A DNA stretch of 64,000 nt from Bacteroides sp. (GCA_014801785.1 JAAVDN010000013.1:920-64919), one strand, 5' to 3'; positions 26,757-37,688 are shown, counted from the first letter of the stretch. Notes: generated from the sequence alone by a model not told the origin. Numbers and translations: made by a program.

Positions 26757-28904
26757 TTATTTCTTGATACCGTCGCGACGGAGGAGTGCGTCAACGGTGG
26801 GCTGCTGACCACGGAATTCCAGATAGAGGGTCATCGGATCCTCTGTTCCTCCGGCCTGAAGCATCTTCAGGAATTTATCGGCAGTCTTGCGGTCAAAGAT
26901 TCCGTTCTCCTGGAAAGCGGCGAAAGCATCGGCGTCAAGAAGCTCTGACCATTTGTAACCATAATATCCGGCTGCATAACCACCCGAGAAGACATGTGAG
27001 AAAGTCGGAGAAATCATCGTTCCGGGGACACGGTCGAAGATCTTGACCGGCTCGATAGCCTTCTCCTCGAAGACCGCTATATCCTCCGATGCGCGGAGCG
27101 GTTTCTCGATCGTGTGGTAGGCCATATCAAGCATACCGAAATTCAGCTGACGCATGCAGGCGTATGCGGCTCCGAACTGAGAAGACTTGAGGAACTTGTC
27201 GATAAGCTCCTGCGGCATCTTCTTGCCGGTCTTATGATGTTTTGCGAAAGAATCGAGGAACTCTTTCTGAGTCAGATAATTCTCATTGAATTGAGAGAAG
27301 AGCTCGACAAAGTCGTGATATACGTTCGTTCCGGAAAGGGATTCGTAGGTAGCCTGCGCGGAGAGACCGTGGAGGGAGTGTCCGAACTCGTGGAGGAATG
27401 TCTCGACCTCGTAAGGAGTCAGGAGCACATCCTCATCACCGACCGGCTTGGAGAAGTTGCAGACTATGGAAATGAACGGTATCTCTCGGTTTCCGTTGTC
27501 ATCTTTTATCTCGGTGCGGAATTCTGTCATCCAAGCGCCGGGAGCCTTGCCGGGACGATAGAAGAAATCAGTATAGAGGAGGCCAAGCAGTTTTCCCTGA
27601 CGGTCATAAACCTCATAGCATTTCGCATCGGGATGATAGACGGGCACCTTCTTGTTCTCCTTGAACTTATATCCATAGAGCTTCGTTGCCAGACCGAAGA
27701 CACCGTTGATGGTGTTGTTGAGCTCGAAATAGGGCTTCATGTCCTCGTCATTGAAGGCATAGCGCTCGTTTTTAAGCTTATCGGCCCAATAGGAATAGTC
27801 CCAGGGCATAAGTTTGAAGTCCGGACCCTGGCTCTGGCGGGCAAACTCCTCTATCTCGGAAATCTCTTTCTGCATGGCGGGAGCGTATGCTTCGCGGAGC
27901 TGGTTCAGGAGATTATAAACCGTCTCAGGATTACCGGCCATCGTCTGCTGAAGCTGATATTCGGCGAAGTTCTTGTTGCCGAGGAGATTGGCGATTTCAA
28001 GACGCACATTGGCAATGTCGCGCAGAACGGTAGTATTATCCAGCTCGCCCCCCTGGTTGCGGGAATTATATGCGCGGTAAACCTTCTCGCGCAGAGAGCG
28101 GTCATCAGCATACTTGAATATCGGAGTGACACTGGGCTGATACATCGTGATGAGGTAACCCGCCGTGTCGCCACGCTGATAGCGGGCCGGATCCGTCTCC
28201 TTTATATAGTCTACAAATTCTGCATGGGCGGCTCGCTTGCTGGATTCCGGAAGCCCTGCCGTCTGCGCTTCTGTCATCTCGATGACTTCGACCTTCATGC
28301 CATTGGTGACATTCTGGGCAAAACGGATTCCGAGGTCAGAAAGCTCCGAATTAAGCTGACGGTATTTCTCGCGGTCAGCCCCGTGGAGATCCGCTCCATT
28401 GGTGGCGTAACCGAGATAGGTCTCCGAGATGAGACGCTGCTGTTCGGGAGTGAGATCCGTTCTCTGCTCGCGGGTCTCATAAACCTTCTTTATGCGGTTC
28501 CACAGCGGTTCGTTGAGGATCAGAGCGGAAGACTGCTCAGAAAGAATAGGCGTCATCTTGGCCATCATCTCCATGAGGGCAGGTTCTCCGTTGGCGTGTT
28601 CTACATTGGAGAGGGCGAGCACTGCCAGCCCCAGATTGCGTCCCGAACGATCGAGAGCTACAATGGTATTCTCGAAAGTCGGTTCTTCGGGATTGTTGAC
28701 TATTGCGTCTACTATCCTGTTCTGTTCCTCGATACCTTTGAGAATAGCCTCCTCATAGTCCGAGGGAATGATTTTATCGAATGGAACGGCCCCGTATGGC
28801 GCCGTAGAGGGTTCGAGCAACGGATTGGTCCGTGCCTGAGCCTCGTCGGGAAGTGCTGTCATGATTGTCAAGGCAGTCAGCGAGGTTAATAAAAGATTTC
28901 TCAT
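26757..28904 (-). CDS. dcp: M3-family metallopeptidase (peptidyl-dipeptidase Dcp-like), with signal peptide
   Basis: NPLL, PTFENTI, GAWM, FLHEFGHSLH, DFVEL.SQ..E, FSHVFSGGYAAGYYGYKW. Confidence 0.92.
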   Translation of the reverse strand: MRNLLLTSLTALTIMTALPDEAQARTNPLLEPSTAPYGAVPFDKIIPSDYEEAILKGIEEQNRIVDAIVNNPEEPTFENTIVALDRSGRNLGLAVLALSNVEHANGEPALMEMMAKMTPILSEQSSALILNEPLWNRIKKVYETREQRTDLTPEQQRLISETYLGYATNGADLHGADREKYRQLNSELSDLGIRFAQNVTNGMKVEVIEMTEAQTAGLPESSKRAAHAEFVDYIKETDPARYQRGDTAGYLITMYQPSVTPIFKYADDRSLREKVYRAYNSRNQGGELDNTTVLRDIANVRLEIANLLGNKNFAEYQLQQTMAGNPETVYNLLNQLREAYAPAMQKEISEIEEFARQSQGPDFKLMPWDYSYWADKLKNERYAFNDEDMKPYFELNNTINGVFGLATKLYGYKFKENKKVPVYHPDAKCYEVYDRQGKLLGLLYTDFFYRPGKAPGAWMTEFRTEIKDDNGNREIPFISIVCNFSKPVGDEDVLLTPYEVETFLHEFGHSLHGLSAQATYESLSGTNVYHDFVELFSQFNENYLTQKEFLDSFAKHHKTGKKMPQELIDKFLKSSQFGAAYACMRQLNFGMLDMAYHTIEKPLRASEDIAVFEEKAIEPVKIFDRVPGTMISPTFSHVFSGGYAAGYYGYKWSELLDADAFAAFQENGIFDRKTADKFLKMLQAGGTEDPMTLYLEFRGQQPTVDALLRRDGIKK

Positions 28905-29032
28905 TATTATGGTTCTTTATGGTATTATGTCATCAGAATACTAAGCAACTGATAAGTAGCCACTTAATTCTTTCGCCTGCATCCTCCGGATTGACTTTGA
29001 GCTGTCGGGCGCCGGATTAACCCGCTTTGTGT

Positions 29033-29608
29033 TCAGAACATCAGTCCGAATGCAATCTGAGCGAGATTGATATTTTTCGCATGTATTGGAGTCAGTTCGC
29101 GATGACGGGAATCGATATGACGGAATCCGTAACCGACAATTATGTGACTCTGAAATTTCTTCCTCATGGCAAGATTGAAACCGAGTCCTATCGAGGCCAT
29201 GACATCTCCGTAGGTCGGAGAATTGCCGATGGTATTGAAGGAATATCCAATCTTGCAATGGAAGAAACAAGGAGCCGGGGCAGAGCGGAAGGAGGTATTG
29301 ATTATCGCGTAGATAGGAACGAAGGTATTATCTGATCCGAAAGCGCGATGGATTCCTGTTCCGATTCCGATAGTCCGGATAGTTCGGGTGCGGAATCCGA
29401 GAATGATATCGGCATCGAATGTAGAGGTGTCATAACCGGAGAGATCAATTGAGCTTCCGAGTTCGACACCCCATGTAAATTTGTTTGGGGTCGGCCCTGT
29501 TTCCTTGATATTTTCATTTTCGGGAATAGCGGTCGTGGCGCCGACAGCAGGGATAAAGCAGAAAAGCCCTAAGAGAAGGGCAAGAATAGAGGGTCTTAAC
29601 TTTCTCAT
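29033..29608 (-). CDS. Exported hypothetical protein, probable small outer-membrane beta-barrel
   Basis: Signal peptide, alternating Gly/aromatic strands, C-terminal Phe. Confidence 0.6.
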   Translation of the reverse strand: MRKLRPSILALLLGLFCFIPAVGATTAIPENENIKETGPTPNKFTWGVELGSSIDLSGYDTSTFDADIILGFRTRTIRTIGIGTGIHRAFGSDNTFVPIYAIINTSFRSAPAPCFFHCKIGYSFNTIGNSPTYGDVMASIGLGFNLAMRKKFQSHIIVGYGFRHIDSRHRELTPIHAKNINLAQIAFGLMF

Positions 29609-29646
29609 AGAGCTTTATGCGGTTAATATATATCCGGAAGGGGAAG

Positions 29647-30507
29647 TCACTCTCCAAGATAACTCTTGAGGAGTTTGCTCTTCTGGCCCTTAAGACGGCG
29701 TATCGCCTTCTCCTTGATCTGACGGACACGCTCGCGGGTGAGGTCAAATTTGGCTCCGATTTCCTCCAGAGTCATCTCCTGACAACCAATGCCGAAGAAC
29801 ATTTTCAGAATCTCGCGTTCGCGGTCATAGAGCTGGCGGAGAGCGCGGTCAACCTCTTTGGAAAGTGATTCCTTATTAAGCGACGAATCGGCCATCGGAC
29901 TGTCGTCGTTAGGAAGAACATCAAGAAGAGAGTTGTCCTCTCCTTCAACAAAGGGAGCGTCAACCGAGATATGTCTTCCCGAGACTTTAAGCGTATCCGA
30001 AATCTTATCGACGGAAATGTCAAGTCGTTCGGCAAGTTCCTCCGGAGAGGGGCGACGTTCATTCTCCTGCTCGAATTTAGAGAGTTCCTTGGTGATTTTA
30101 TTCAGTGAGCCGACCTGATTGAGAGGCAACCTGACAATACGCGACTGCTCGGCGAGAGCCTGGAGAATCGACTGACGGATCCACCATACGGCGTAGGAGA
30201 TAAACTTAAACCCTCGCGTCTCGTCAAATTTCTGAGCGGCACGGATAAGACCCAGGTTACCTTCATTGATGAGGTCAGGAAGGCTAAGACCCTGGTTCTG
30301 ATATTGTTTGGCCACAGAGACGACAAAGCGGAGATTCGCTTTCGTCAGCTTTTCAAGAGCGGCGCGGTCACCTTTCTTAATACGCTGGGCAAGCTCAACC
30401 TCCTCGGCTACCGTGATCAATTCCTCACGCCCGATTTCCTGTAGATATTTGTCAAGAGACGCGCTTTCGCGATTGGTTATAGATTTGGTTATCTTAAGTT
30501 GTCTCAT
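29647..30507 (-). CDS. rpoD: Primary RNA polymerase sigma factor (Bacteroidetes RpoD, no region 1.1)
   Basis: [64 protein letters not shown]. Confidence 0.97.
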   Translation of the reverse strand: MRQLKITKSITNRESASLDKYLQEIGREELITVAEEVELAQRIKKGDRAALEKLTKANLRFVVSVAKQYQNQGLSLPDLINEGNLGLIRAAQKFDETRGFKFISYAVWWIRQSILQALAEQSRIVRLPLNQVGSLNKITKELSKFEQENERRPSPEELAERLDISVDKISDTLKVSGRHISVDAPFVEGEDNSLLDVLPNDDSPMADSSLNKESLSKEVDRALRQLYDREREILKMFFGIGCQEMTLEEIGAKFDLTRERVRQIKEKAIRRLKGQKSKLLKSYLGE

Positions 30508-30527
30508 ATCCTAAATCAAAATGTTTG

Positions 30528-30559
30528 CAAAGTTAATAAAAATTAATTGAAGTCGCAAA
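30528..30559 (-). promoter_or_regulatory. rpoD promoter TTTG-N20-TAACTTTG
   Basis: -33 box at 30556-30559 and -7 box at 30528-30535 on the minus strand. Confidence 0.7.
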
Positions 30560-30759
30560 TAATCATAATCCGCCCTCCCTCGCCATGGGGAAGGGCTCCT
30601 GTATTGATACGAAGCGGAATTAGGTCCTGACGTCCCGCGTTTGCGGAAGTAGGCGCGCGAGTCGGTTATTACTTAATAATCTATGACTCAGGCCTTACAT
30701 ATTCTTAGGGAGGACGAATGAGCTCATGGGAGAAGTTTTCTCTCCATATCTTTTCATAT

Positions 30760-30819
30760 AACAAGCCAAAAAAGCTTATCATAAATTATTTTAATTTATT
30801 TAAGCTTTTTTGGCTTGTT
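30760..30819. terminator. Long hairpin downstream of degP
   Basis: 19-bp perfect IR aacaagccaaaaaagctta / taagcttttttggcttgtt with an inner AT-rich stem. Confidence 0.65.
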
Positions 30820-30939
30820 TTAACAGACACCTGCTCCAGAAAAATATTTAACTGTTTTTCTTTTCTCCTCTTTCAGGATGGAATCGATCAGGCGGGGATT
30901 GACGACTTCATTCCTCCCTTCTTATCCCCTCTTATCCCC

Positions 30940-32400
30940 TCATTCGAGAGGAACGGCGTAATAACCTTTTTTCCCGGTCGGATAGAGGCCGGTCAGGAAG
31001 AGAACTTTATCTTCATCGTCTGACTTCATGACGAGGTTGTAGATATATTCTACATCATCTCCGGAGTTGACACTCTTGCCGTTGATGTCGGTGATGATAA
31101 AACCATCCTTGACACCGGCATCTTTGAAGAGTCCGCTCTTAAGGCCGGAAACCTGCACTCCTCCGCGGATACCGAGGTTGTTGCGTGTCTCGTCTGACAG
31201 CTTTCTGAAGGCACACCCCACTTCCGAGAAATCTCCCTTCTTGGTGATTTCCGTATTTCCCTGGTTGTTACGCAGAGTGGCGCTCTTTGTCTCTTTCTTG
31301 TTGTCGCGGACATAGGTCAGCGATATGCGGTCGCCGGGGCGGAATTTGTTCATCTGCTCCTGAAGTTGCGCGAAACTATGAATCTCCGTTCCATTGATGG
31401 CGACAATGACATCATCAGTCTGCAGACCGAGTTCGCGGGCAGTGGAGCGGTCCTGAACTTCCGCAACAAGGACGCCGCTCTTGACGGCAGTGATCCCTTT
31501 CTCCTTTGCCTTCTCTGCGTCGAGTTCTGCAACGGTGCATCCGAGGACGGCGCGCTGGACTGTTCCATACTCGCGGATATCAGCCATTACTTTCTTGACT
31601 ATCGTCGTCGGTATGGCGAACGAGAACCCGGCGTAGGAACCGGTGTTTGAGTAGATGGCGGAGTTGATACCGACCAATTCCCCTTTAAGATTGACAAGGG
31701 CCCCTCCCGAGTTGCCGGGGTTGAGAGCGGCGTCAGTCTGGATAAAGGATTCGATTCCCATACGGCCGCGCCCGTTCTGACCGAGGCTGCGGGCCTTGGC
31801 GGACACAATCCCGGCCGTAACGGTGGAGTTGAATCCGAAGGGATTGCCGACAGCCAGCACCCACTCCCCGACTTTCAAGGCGTCCGAATCACCGAAGGTG
31901 ATGGCCTTCATATCTTTGGCGTCGATTTTAATGAGCGCGAGGTCGGTAGCCTCATCGGTTCCTATGATGCGGGCTTCATAGGTCGAGTTATCGTTAAGAA
32001 GAACCTCCAGTTTGTCGGCGCCTTCGATCACATGGTTGTTGGTGACGATATACCCGTCAGCCGTCAGGATGACTCCCGAACCGAGTCCCGATTGAACCGG
32101 TTCCTGCTTCTGTTCCGGCTGACGTTGCTGCTGGCGGGGCTGCTGAGGCTGACCGAAGAAGAAGTCGAATAGATCGAACGGAGAATTTCCTCCACCTCCG
32201 TAGGGATTCTGACGTCGGTTGACATAGCTTTTGATGCAGACTACACTGTTGACCGTAGATTCAGCGGCCTTGGTGAAATCTGTCTCGAAATTGGCTGAGG
32301 AGGAGGTCATGATCCAATTGGGATTCTCCGCGCGCGCGCATCCTGTCGAAAGGATGAGGGCCGAGAGGATGGATGTCAGGATTTTCTTGTTCGTTTTCAT
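30940..32400 (-). CDS. degP: HtrA/DegP (Do) serine protease with two PDZ domains
   Basis: GSGVI, TNNHV, DLAL, QTDAALNPGNSGG, PDZ repeats; start MKTNKK. Confidence 0.93.
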   Translation of the reverse strand: MKTNKKILTSILSALILSTGCARAENPNWIMTSSSANFETDFTKAAESTVNSVVCIKSYVNRRQNPYGGGGNSPFDLFDFFFGQPQQPRQQQRQPEQKQEPVQSGLGSGVILTADGYIVTNNHVIEGADKLEVLLNDNSTYEARIIGTDEATDLALIKIDAKDMKAITFGDSDALKVGEWVLAVGNPFGFNSTVTAGIVSAKARSLGQNGRGRMGIESFIQTDAALNPGNSGGALVNLKGELVGINSAIYSNTGSYAGFSFAIPTTIVKKVMADIREYGTVQRAVLGCTVAELDAEKAKEKGITAVKSGVLVAEVQDRSTARELGLQTDDVIVAINGTEIHSFAQLQEQMNKFRPGDRISLTYVRDNKKETKSATLRNNQGNTEITKKGDFSEVGCAFRKLSDETRNNLGIRGGVQVSGLKSGLFKDAGVKDGFIITDINGKSVNSGDDVEYIYNLVMKSDDEDKVLFLTGLYPTGKKGYYAVPLE

Positions 32401-32618
32401 TTTGATTATCGGAAAGAGTGGAAATATCATTATCAGAATCTTCCGGAGCTTTCATACTTGTCCCGTAGGACCGGCGTTATGGCTCCGGAATAGTATGTTG
32501 TGTTTAAATGTTCTGATTATATTATGGAGAAAAATGGGATAATATTACGCGCGGGTTCTCTTAGTTAAGGTTCTTTAACCTGTGGATATACTACTTTTGA
32601 TTAATTTTGCATTTGAAT

Positions 32619-33173
32619 ATGAAAAGGCTTTTCTATCTGATCCCGTTTTCCCGTAATCTTCTGACGCCTCTGCTTAGCGTCATGACCGCGATAATGATTC
32701 TGACAGGATGTTCTTCATCCAAACATGCGTCTTCATCCAAACATCGGTGTAAGACACCCCCCAAGACCGAGATTTCAACCAAAGGGCTCTCAAAGGAGAG
32801 ACGGTTGATTGTTGAAGAGGCGCTGAAATGGGAAGGCACTCCGTATAAGTATGCCGGCGCGGAGCGTGGCAAAGGAACCGACTGCTCGGGGATGGTGCTG
32901 GCGGTCTATCGCGATGTAGCCAATGTTTTGCTCCCTCGCAATTCAGCCAAGCAGGCCGAGTTCTGCCATAAATTGAACAAGAAAGAGGTCAGACCCGGAG
33001 ACCTGGTGTTCTTTGCTACCGGAAAGGATCCGAAACGTATCTCCCACGTCGGCATAATGCTTGACGATGATAATTTCATCCATGCCTCGACATCGAAAGG
33101 GGTGGTCATATCCCAAGTATCGACTCCCTACTATGTCCGTACCTTCAAAGGTTACGGACGCGCGCTCAATTGA
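32619..33173 (+). CDS. NlpC/P60 (C40) peptidoglycan endopeptidase lipoprotein
   Basis: Lipobox LTGC; GTPYKY, DCSG, LPRNS, GDLVFF, SHVGI, FIHAS. Confidence 0.92.
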   Translation: MKRLFYLIPFSRNLLTPLLSVMTAIMILTGCSSSKHASSSKHRCKTPPKTEISTKGLSKERRLIVEEALKWEGTPYKYAGAERGKGTDCSGMVLAVYRDVANVLLPRNSAKQAEFCHKLNKKEVRPGDLVFFATGKDPKRISHVGIMLDDDNFIHASTSKGVVISQVSTPYYVRTFKGYGRALN

Positions 33174-33207
33174 GACACCTGCATGGTTGGAAGATTTAAA
33201 CGCGACA

Positions 33208-33239
33208 TTTGGAGAATACAAATAAAAAAGCTAACTTTG
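33208..33239 (+). promoter_or_regulatory. trxA promoter TTTG-N20-TAACTTTG
   Basis: -33 box at 33208-33211 and -7 box at 33232-33239. Confidence 0.7.
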
Positions 33240-33318
33240 GAAACAGTTTCCGGAAAGAGGGGAAACCCTTCCCCGGCAACCATCAATCAGAACCATAACA
33301 TTAAACAATATCAAATCA

Positions 33319-33633
33319 ATGGCACTTCAATTTACTGACGCCACCGCGCGTGAGGCAATCGAATCCGGAAAGCCCGTCGTCATCGACTTCTGGGCTACCT
33401 GGTGTGGTCCCTGCATCAAGCTGGGTTCCGTAGTTGAGGAACTCGCTGAGAAATATGGCGAGCAGGCAGTTATCGGCAAGCTCAATATCGACGAAAACGA
33501 TGAAATCGCCGCAGCTCACCGCGTTCGTAACATCCCGACTGTCCTCTTCTTCAAGGATGGCGAGCTCAAAGAGCGCAGCGTAGGTCTCGTCAAACTTTCT
33601 GACCTTGAGGACAAGCTTAAGCCCCTCCTCTAA
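33319..33633 (+). CDS. trxA: Thioredoxin
   Basis: DFWATWCGPC, VRNIPT.LFFK.G. Confidence 0.95.
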   Translation: MALQFTDATAREAIESGKPVVIDFWATWCGPCIKLGSVVEELAEKYGEQAVIGKLNIDENDEIAAAHRVRNIPTVLFFKDGELKERSVGLVKLSDLEDKLKPLL

Positions 33634-33677
33634 TTCCAATCCGGAGCCATACAGAGTTTTCGGAAGAAAAAGATTGA

Positions 33678-33711
33678 AAGCGGTCGCCGTTCAGTTGAAC
33701 GGCGACCGCTT
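33678..33711. terminator. Hairpin between convergent trxA and dnaE
   Basis: aagcggtcgccgttca / tgaacggcgaccgctt. Confidence 0.8.
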
Positions 33712-33771
33712 ATATTATATTCGGTTTGACAGTTGACAGCAAGAGCCTATAACCCTCATTTGCAACCGGGG

Positions 33772-36700
33772 TCAGTCAAGAGTCTCTATCCGGAACTTAA
33801 GACGGTCGTCAGCCTTAAGCTCCTCAAGATATTCGACGAGGGGTCTGTCGATATTGAACGGAACCCGCGGGCTGAGATTGATCTGCTGACGCGTCTTCGG
33901 GTCAATGATGCAGAACGTCAGTTTCCCACCACGCGTCTGCTTCTCGCCCGCCGGGACGGCAAACTTCATCAGACGGTTATAAAGTTCCCGGTCATCATCA
34001 TAACGGTTAAGAAAGATAATGACAGAATTGGCTTTCTTACCCCGGACATCATCGAGGCGGCTGATTCCGGAAAGGTTGAACTCGAAGTCTCCGGGTTTCC
34101 ACGGCCGCTCCTGATAACTGCCGGTGACTATGACCGGGAGTCCAAGCGTAAGCTTCGGGAAGTAAGTTTCAAAATTCCTCCCGAACAGCGATATCTCTAT
34201 ACTTCCGGTCATATCCTCGATTGTCACTCTCGCGTATGGGTCCCCCTTCTTGGTCGTGCGCTGAACTAAAGAGGTCACCATTCCCCCTACTGAGCAGGGA
34301 GTGTTTGGAGTCCACGCATCATTGAAGTTGGCGCAGCTGAGTGAGCAGCCGTAAGTCAGCTCCATATAATAGTCGTTCAGCGGATGGTCGGAGATATAGA
34401 TGGTGACAAGTTTCTTCTCCTCCTCCAGCAACTGTATTTTCGGCCAGCGTTCAAACTGAGGATAAGGGGGACGGCAATCCTCCTTCATTTCAGGAACATC
34501 GTCAAAAAGAGAAGCAAACAAAGAGTTCTTCTCAGCCTGCGCGTTTTGGCCATATTTGACAAGCACATCGGCATAAGTGGTGTCGAACATGGGGTGCATG
34601 AACATCTCCCGGGCCAATCCGAAACTATCGAATGCACCAGCAAGAGCAAGGCTCTCCAGCGTCTTATGGCTGAACCCGTTCATCGGCACACGCTCCACAA
34701 AGTCGTATACATCCTTAAACGGTCCATTCTCTTTCCGTTCGTTGAGGATGGAGGAGACAGCGTTCTGCCCCACTCCCTTGATCGCTCCTAATCCGAAACG
34801 AATTATTCCATCTTTCGACACGCCGAAATTGCTTCTTGACTCATTGATGTCAGGCCCCTTCACCTGAAGGCCCATACGGACACATTCGCTCATGAACTTG
34901 CGAAGTTTCTCGCTATCCGTAAGGTTACGGGAAAGCACCCCTGCCATATATTCGGCCGGATAGTTGGCTTTCAGATATGCCGTCTGATAGGCTACCCAGG
35001 AATAACAGGTTGCGTGAGACTTGTTGAACGCGTAGGATGCGAACTTCTCCCAGTCGGCCCATATCTTCTCCAGGACCTTCCCTTCATGTCCGTTTGCCTC
35101 CCCCTGTTCCATAAACTTCACCTTCAGCTTCGCCATCTTGTCGATCTGCTTCTTACCCATAGCCTTACGAAGCATATCGGATTCTCCACGTGTGAAGTTG
35201 GCGAGAAGACGCGAAAGGAGCATGACCTGCTCCTGATAGACAGTGATGCCATAGGTCTCCTGGAGGTAACGCTCCATGATAGGAATATCATACTCGATAG
35301 GCTCCTCCCCATGTTTTCGGGCGATAAAGCTCGGAATATAGTCCATCGGGCCCGGACGATACAGGGCGTTCATCGCAATGAGGTCTTCAAATTTCGACGG
35401 TTGAAGTTTCCGGAGCGAGCTCTGCATACCGGCGGACTCGAACTGGAACGTCGCGGTAGTGTTTCCCTCGCAATAGAGACGGAAGGTAGCCGGGTCGTCA
35501 AGAGGTATCGAGGAAATATCGAGATCCTCCCCACGCGCCTCGCGGATATTCTGAAGCGTCTCCTGAATAATCGAGAGGGTACGCAATCCCAGGAAGTCCA
35601 TCTTGATCAGGCCGGTGTCCTCGATAAGGGAGCCTTCATACTGAGTGACTATGATTCGGTTGCCACTTTCATCCGTTCCCATCGAGACAGGGACCCAGTC
35701 GGTGATATCATCGCGCGAGATAATGACACCGCAGGCATGGACGCCGGTGTTTCGGACGGTGCCCTCAAGCTGAGGAGCATAGGTTATGACATCTCGGATA
35801 CGTGGATCATCGCTGAAGGATAGCGCCTGCATCTCGGGAACATACTGTATGACGTTCTTGAGGTTTATCTTCAGGGCCTTGCCGTTGACCTCCGGGAGAC
35901 GGTCAGGGACAAGAGCGCCGATAGCGGAGTTTTCCCTGGGCGTCAGGCCCATGACGCGACCGACATCGCGCAAAACGCTTTTGGTCGCCATCGATCCGAA
36001 CGTTATGATATGAGCGACCTTCTCCTCTCCATATTTCTTGGTGACATAGTCAAGAACACGGTAACGGCCGTCATCGTCGAAGTCTACATCGATATCGGGG
36101 AGCGAGATGCGGTCAGGATTAAGGAATCGCTCGAACAGGAGGTCGTATTTGATGGGGTCAACCTGTGTGATACCAAGACAATACGCTGCCGCCGAACCGG
36201 CGGCAGACCCACGGCCCGGTCCGACACTGACCCCGAGATTTTCGCGTGCATAGTTGATGAAGTCCTGGACTATGAGGAAGTAGCCCGGGAAACCCATCGT
36301 CTTCATTATATACAGCTCGAAGTTGAGCCGCTCCGCGACTTCATCGGGAAGGGGATCGCCATAGAGGCGTTTCGCTCCGTCGAAGGTCAGTTTGTTGAGG
36401 TAGTCCGCCTCGAACTTTATCCTGTAGAGCTTGTCGTAGCCGCCAAGGCGAGCTATCTTCTTCTCCCCTTCTTCGCGCGACAGGACGACATTGCCGTTCT
36501 CGTCCTGAGTGAACTCATTATAAAGATCCTCTTCAGTCAGACGCTCACGATATTCCTCTTCGGTTCCGAAATCAGCGGGAATCTCGAAGTTGGGCATAAT
36601 CGGGGCGTGGTTGATAGAATAGAACTCTACTTTATCAAGAATCTCCCGGGTGTTGGCGAGCGCCTCGGGGATATCGGAGAAAATCTGCCCCATCTCCTCG

Positions 36701-37482
36701 GGGGATTTGAGCCATTCCTGCTTGGTGTAGTGCATTCGCTCTTCAGAGAAGAGTTTGTTGGTCGAGACACATATCAGACGGTCGTGGGCCTCGGCATCTT
36801 CTTCAAGAGCAAAATGAACGTCGTTGGTGGCGACAACCTTAATGTCATATTTGCGGGCCATGCGGAGAAGTTCCGCATTTACCTTAACCTGCTCCGGATA
36901 GACATCCGTGTTGGCGTTCTGCTTGAAAGTCTGATGGCGCTGAAGTTCGAGATAGTAATCCTCTCCGAAGACTCTTTTATACCATCTGACCCTCTCCTCG
37001 GCCGCCTCTATTTCTCCATGCATGATAAACTGGGGAACCTCCCCGCCCAGACAGGCCGAACAGATTATAAGACCCTCCGAATGTGCCTCCAGTTCGACAC
37101 GGTCTGTTCGCGGTTTATAATAGACACCTTCGGTCCAGGCTTTGGAGACGAGTTTGACGAGGTTATGGTAACCGGTCAGATTTTTTGCCAGGACAATGAG
37201 GTGTTCCCCCTTGTCGCTTTTGTCATGACGGTCTGTCATCCGGTTGCGTGCCACATACATCTCGCAACCTATAATGGGCTTGAACTTCTCCCCTTCTTCC
37301 TTACCGGAGTTTATCTTATCTACATAATTTGTAAATTCCTTGACGCCGAACATATTGCCATGATCGGTCAGGGCAATCCCCGGCATACCGAGTTCAACGG
37401 CGCGGTCAACGAGTTGCTTGACGGAGGACTTGCCGTCAAGAAGGGAATAAAAAGAATGGACGTGAAGATGAGTGAAAGACAT
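33772..37482 (-). CDS. dnaE: DNA polymerase III alpha subunit
   Basis: PHP domain HLHVHSFYSLLDG, GPGRGSAAGS, RFLNPDR.SLPDIDVDF, KMDFLGL, FASYAFNKSH. Confidence 0.98.
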   Translation of the reverse strand: MSFTHLHVHSFYSLLDGKSSVKQLVDRAVELGMPGIALTDHGNMFGVKEFTNYVDKINSGKEEGEKFKPIIGCEMYVARNRMTDRHDKSDKGEHLIVLAKNLTGYHNLVKLVSKAWTEGVYYKPRTDRVELEAHSEGLIICSACLGGEVPQFIMHGEIEAAEERVRWYKRVFGEDYYLELQRHQTFKQNANTDVYPEQVKVNAELLRMARKYDIKVVATNDVHFALEEDAEAHDRLICVSTNKLFSEERMHYTKQEWLKSPEEMGQIFSDIPEALANTREILDKVEFYSINHAPIMPNFEIPADFGTEEEYRERLTEEDLYNEFTQDENGNVVLSREEGEKKIARLGGYDKLYRIKFEADYLNKLTFDGAKRLYGDPLPDEVAERLNFELYIMKTMGFPGYFLIVQDFINYARENLGVSVGPGRGSAAGSAAAYCLGITQVDPIKYDLLFERFLNPDRISLPDIDVDFDDDGRYRVLDYVTKKYGEEKVAHIITFGSMATKSVLRDVGRVMGLTPRENSAIGALVPDRLPEVNGKALKINLKNVIQYVPEMQALSFSDDPRIRDVITYAPQLEGTVRNTGVHACGVIISRDDITDWVPVSMGTDESGNRIIVTQYEGSLIEDTGLIKMDFLGLRTLSIIQETLQNIREARGEDLDISSIPLDDPATFRLYCEGNTTATFQFESAGMQSSLRKLQPSKFEDLIAMNALYRPGPMDYIPSFIARKHGEEPIEYDIPIMERYLQETYGITVYQEQVMLLSRLLANFTRGESDMLRKAMGKKQIDKMAKLKVKFMEQGEANGHEGKVLEKIWADWEKFASYAFNKSHATCYSWVAYQTAYLKANYPAEYMAGVLSRNLTDSEKLRKFMSECVRMGLQVKGPDINESRSNFGVSKDGIIRFGLGAIKGVGQNAVSSILNERKENGPFKDVYDFVERVPMNGFSHKTLESLALAGAFDSFGLAREMFMHPMFDTTYADVLVKYGQNAQAEKNSLFASLFDDVPEMKEDCRPPYPQFERWPKIQLLEEEKKLVTIYISDHPLNDYYMELTYGCSLSCANFNDAWTPNTPCSVGGMVTSLVQRTTKKGDPYARVTIEDMTGSIEISLFGRNFETYFPKLTLGLPVIVTGSYQERPWKPGDFEFNLSGISRLDDVRGKKANSVIIFLNRYDDDRELYNRLMKFAVPAGEKQTRGGKLTFCIIDPKTRQQINLSPRVPFNIDRPLVEYLEELKADDRLKFRIETLD

Positions 37483-37688
37483 TTCTTATGGGATAGGTTC
37501 TTTTCTAAACGAAGAGATAGAAAGAAGAATGAGAGGCAGCCCTTTGGTCCAGGGTCTACCTCTCACAAATTTAGCATTAAAAATCCGGAAATCCTAATCT
37601 TTCAGGATTTTTAGTATGTTGCATATATCCGGCTCATAGATCTATGGGCCGAAGGATCTCACCGGCGCGATGGGCGCCGGGCGCAGTA

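Noticed and set aside
27114-28889. 591-aa ORF opposite dcp, and similar long ORFs opposite dnaE (36010-37614), the M16 peptidase, trxB, ftsK and dxs
   Set aside because: All lie opposite well-supported conserved genes and lack family motifs.
36420-36600. Possible intein or unusual insertion in DnaE
   Set aside because: The segment (FGTEEEY...LGGYDKLYRIK) has no intein splice-junction residues and, from recall, is a usual Bacteroidales DnaE feature.
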